Source: Hydrolagus colliei | Lineage: Eukaryota | Length of the DNA: 64,000 bases | Reading direction: 5' to 3' | Assembly (NCBI GenBank): GCA_035084275.1 | Contig: CM068754.1 | Location: 12,214,001-12,278,000, forward strand | Part shown: positions 61,041 through 64,000 of the stretch, piece after piece | Position numbering within the stretch: the first letter of the stretch is position 1 | How the letters are laid out: each line of letters starts with the position of its first letter | The notes under the pieces: model-generated | The model's input: the letters and a program-made list of their open reading frames with translations, nothing else | The model's database searches: none | Told to the model about the DNA's origin: nothing | Made by a program: the position numbers and the translations under genes

Positions 61041-61120
61041 ATTCACTTGCTATGAAGCGCTTTGAGACATTGCCCCAATGTGAAAGGCACTATGTCAATT
61101 GCAGGGATTGTTATTATTAT
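61041..61120 (+). mobile_element. SINE/L2-type tail fragment
   Basis: TGAAGCGCTTTGAGACAT...ATGTGAAAGGCACTAT..GGATTGTTATTATTAT. Confidence 0.75.
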
Positions 61121-62983
61121 AAAATCTCATTGTAAGCAAGAATCGTGACATACGCTGCATATGTGTGTCACACAATATTAGAATCGCAAGTCTAGTTTTG
61201 GCTGTGCGTCTTGCACTGCGTGCAAAAATCCAACACAGCTGGTCTCTCATTATTATCTGATTGTTTATAGACTGCTGTATTTCCTAAATGTGAAACATTT
61301 AGTTCTACTGTAAAACTATCCAACCTGGTTATATTGACTGACATTCATTTTCTGAACACCGCATGGTAATAGCCAACAATGGAAGGCGGTTCGCCTCCTG
61401 CCAGTTTCAAACACCACTCATTCAGCTTTGTTCTATTAAGGGCTGCATTTGGAAATGTTTTAACTTCCTGTCAGTGCATCTAGTGAGGGCTAGGACTCTT
61501 TGCATAGGCCCAAAGTTTTACAGGAGGCTGGTGGTGGGGCAGGACCCCCAGAGTGGAAGGTGGTCCGAGCTGTCAATTCGCTTTTGCTATTCATTCAGAT
61601 GGAATTGTGAAATGTATGCTTCTTTGTATAACTGAGGGAATTTCATGCAGGGAAAATGCAAATGTGTTAGGTGTGCCCAGGTAATTTAAAATCAGCACGC
61701 TGGCAGCTTTTCTGCATGAATAAAGCTGTTTTGCGTATTTGTTGAACTTAGAAAATACAGTAAGCTATTTCCAGCCTTTTATATATTGTTATTTTGTGTT
61801 GTGAATTGAAGGTAACAGGCCATGTTAATCATTTGTTAATGGTTTTTGGTAGCAATTAATTCAATTTATAGTACATGCAAAATGCACTGGGAGAAAACAT
61901 TAAAACACAAGCTTAGCTCTTTCCCAGAAATAGAACCAATTAGATTATACCTAGTCCCAGATGTCCTTATTTTCACAAAACTACAGGGAGATTTTTAATT
62001 TAAATAATAATAATAATTAAGAAGAAGAATTGCATTTGATAATCCATAAAATATACTTAAAATCACCTAATAAAATCAAATGAAGACAAATTAATTGAAA
62101 AAAACATTGTTTTGATGGTTAACAATACACTTGCAATTTGCAATTGCTGAACCTTCAGGAACTACCTCAAATGCTCTAAAAGACTGGTGTTATATTATAT
62201 TTGGGCTACTCATGGTTCAGATCTTATAGAGGTTGGTATGTTAAACAATCATAATAATAATGACCTAAAAATTGAACAAAATCTGAATGGATAATATTTT
62301 CACAACAAAGTAACACTTAATATCCTTTCTGTCTGACAGATGAAAACAATGTTTGTGCCTAGCACAAGATAACAGTGTCAGTATTGTGGAACAATAAGAT
62401 AAAATGGGAGCCTTCTTTATCCAAACCAATCTTGCGATCCACAGTCAATTATTTTTGAAAAGTTCTGCCAAATATATTTTTCATAAATATTTTTTTTCCA
62501 TTAGCAGTATCAAAGGTTGATTTCTATTCCCATTGGAAAACAGTACAAGCTTAAAGGTGCTGTTTCTGTTTTATTCAATTATAGTACTACGCTAATGCTT
62601 CCTTTGGATTCGAAGAACATTCTCTATTAGTTTATTCCAGCAATATCTTAGAATTGTCTGATATTCACTGAGATTTGATATTGGCTGATATTTCTCACCA
62701 TAACCAATACTGACAATACAGCTGCTACTTCTTCAATTTCTATCAAAGCTTAACCTTGAGAAGCAATATGTTAATTTCTTGGCAGCAAAAATTCTAAACA
62801 ACCACATAGAGTAAAGTTTCTATTTCTGAGAATTAGATTTTATTTATTTCCAGAGTAGACATAATTTCACATTAATCACATTGCGCTTTTAATATTTTAA
62901 AAAAGGTGTTTAGAATTAAGCAGGTTGCACATAACTTTTGAGGTATCATCTTTGGAAAGATGGCACTTACAAATTGTGCACAT

Positions 62984-63040
62984 TGGACTTCCTCCTGATG
63001 TGAAAGGCGCTATATAAATGTAATGTTGTTGTTGTTGTTT
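62984..63040 (+). mobile_element. L2 extreme 3' tail
   Basis: GGACTTCCTCCTGATGTGAAAGGCGCTATATAAATGTAA(TGT)n. Confidence 0.75.
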
Positions 63041-64000
63041 AAGGCTTATGTGGTGTTCTGTACATATTGATTGACCATCACAAGAAAGATGCAGCAGGAA
63101 CTTTTTGTCATTGTGCCTTGCACAAATTATGTGAAATCCAGGGCATGCAGTTCCAAGAAGATTGGCTGTCTGATTCAGTCAAGTGTAAAATTGCAACACC
63201 TGACAGCAGGGATAATGGCACAGAAGGGGGCTGATGTTCATGCTACATTAGCAGAATACTGTTATAATGGCTAAATTTTTTTTGTTAAAAGCATAGATTA
63301 ATGGGATAGTGATTTGCATTGTTTTCGTTCCATTGAGGTTAGGCCTAATAGCTACAGGTTAAAAAAAGCAACAATCTGTAAAAGTGACCCAGTCAAAATG
63401 TTCCGTTGGTCAAATATCACAAATTATGAAGCAGCACGACAAAATTATACAGTGTATTTCTGTAGACTAAATGGGAAATCATTAAAACAATTCTGAAACA
63501 GCCATTCATTGGTGCATGATTTTACAAATATTACAAGGTGAAAAAGCATAATGAAACAGTTTTAAAATAACTACAAAGTTATATTTAATTCCACAATGCA
63601 TGAATGGTGATTGTGCTGCATGTATCTGAATACCAAATCCTGTATGATGTAAATGGAGCCATTTTTTAAATTCATACAATTTCAAAGCCAGTCGCCATGG
63701 TTTCTTAATCTTGACTTTTGCATTCAATTCATATAGGCAGTTTATGAACTTACAATCTATTGGAAAATAACTTGAACAATTACAGTTAGAAAATCATCGT
63801 GCTTCAAGACATCAGATGCCAGAAATGCAGAATTGGTGAGTTTCAAGCATTAGTTTTGCATGTTAGTGTCATCATTCAGGAAAACTGTTTTCCTAAAGAA
63901 GAAAATAGACACTGACATTTACTTGTCTATTTTGCGTGGCATATTTTGCATAAGCTGCAAAAGAAGCTGGCAGCCTGCTAATTAATGCTCTCTTTTGGCT

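Noticed and set aside
16200-64000. Numerous 60-170 aa ORFs in the desert
   Set aside because: Composition is typical of random AT-rich sequence or SINE/LINE translation, with no recognisable domains beyond the CR1/L2 remnants listed.

Overview
Eukaryotic (vertebrate) genomic DNA. The repeat content points to a cartilaginous fish, possibly a chimaera such as Callorhinchus; this is inference, not proven. The only protein-coding gene I can support is a complete three-exon zic3 on the + strand: CDS 4622-5627, 7097-7260 and 7620-7802, 1353 nt, 450 aa, five C2H2 fingers, C-terminal NFNEWYV. It has a CCAAT-rich promoter and a 3' UTR rich in miRNA seed matches. A GC-rich island with an assembly gap lies at about 14-16 kb, followed by about 48 kb of AT-rich gene desert. 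The desert holds many copies of one tRNA-derived SINE whose tail is shared with L2 LINE ends, plus CR1 fragments, older SINE relics (Deu-domain, LF-SINE-like, LmeSINE/AmnSINE2-like), two copies of a non-autonomous hAT element, Tigger-like MITEs and several enhancer-like blocks. There is no sign of a prokaryotic system or CRISPR array. The best leads are: a chain of minus-strand splice sites upstream of zic3 (divergent lncRNA or zic6 5' exons), a candidate alternative terminal exon, a hAT element carrying a ZNF143/YY1 promoter-like cassette with a splice donor, an LF-SINE-like relic, a perfect 21-bp hairpin and a 220-bp local duplication. Repeat family names come from recalled consensus sequences and need a database check.
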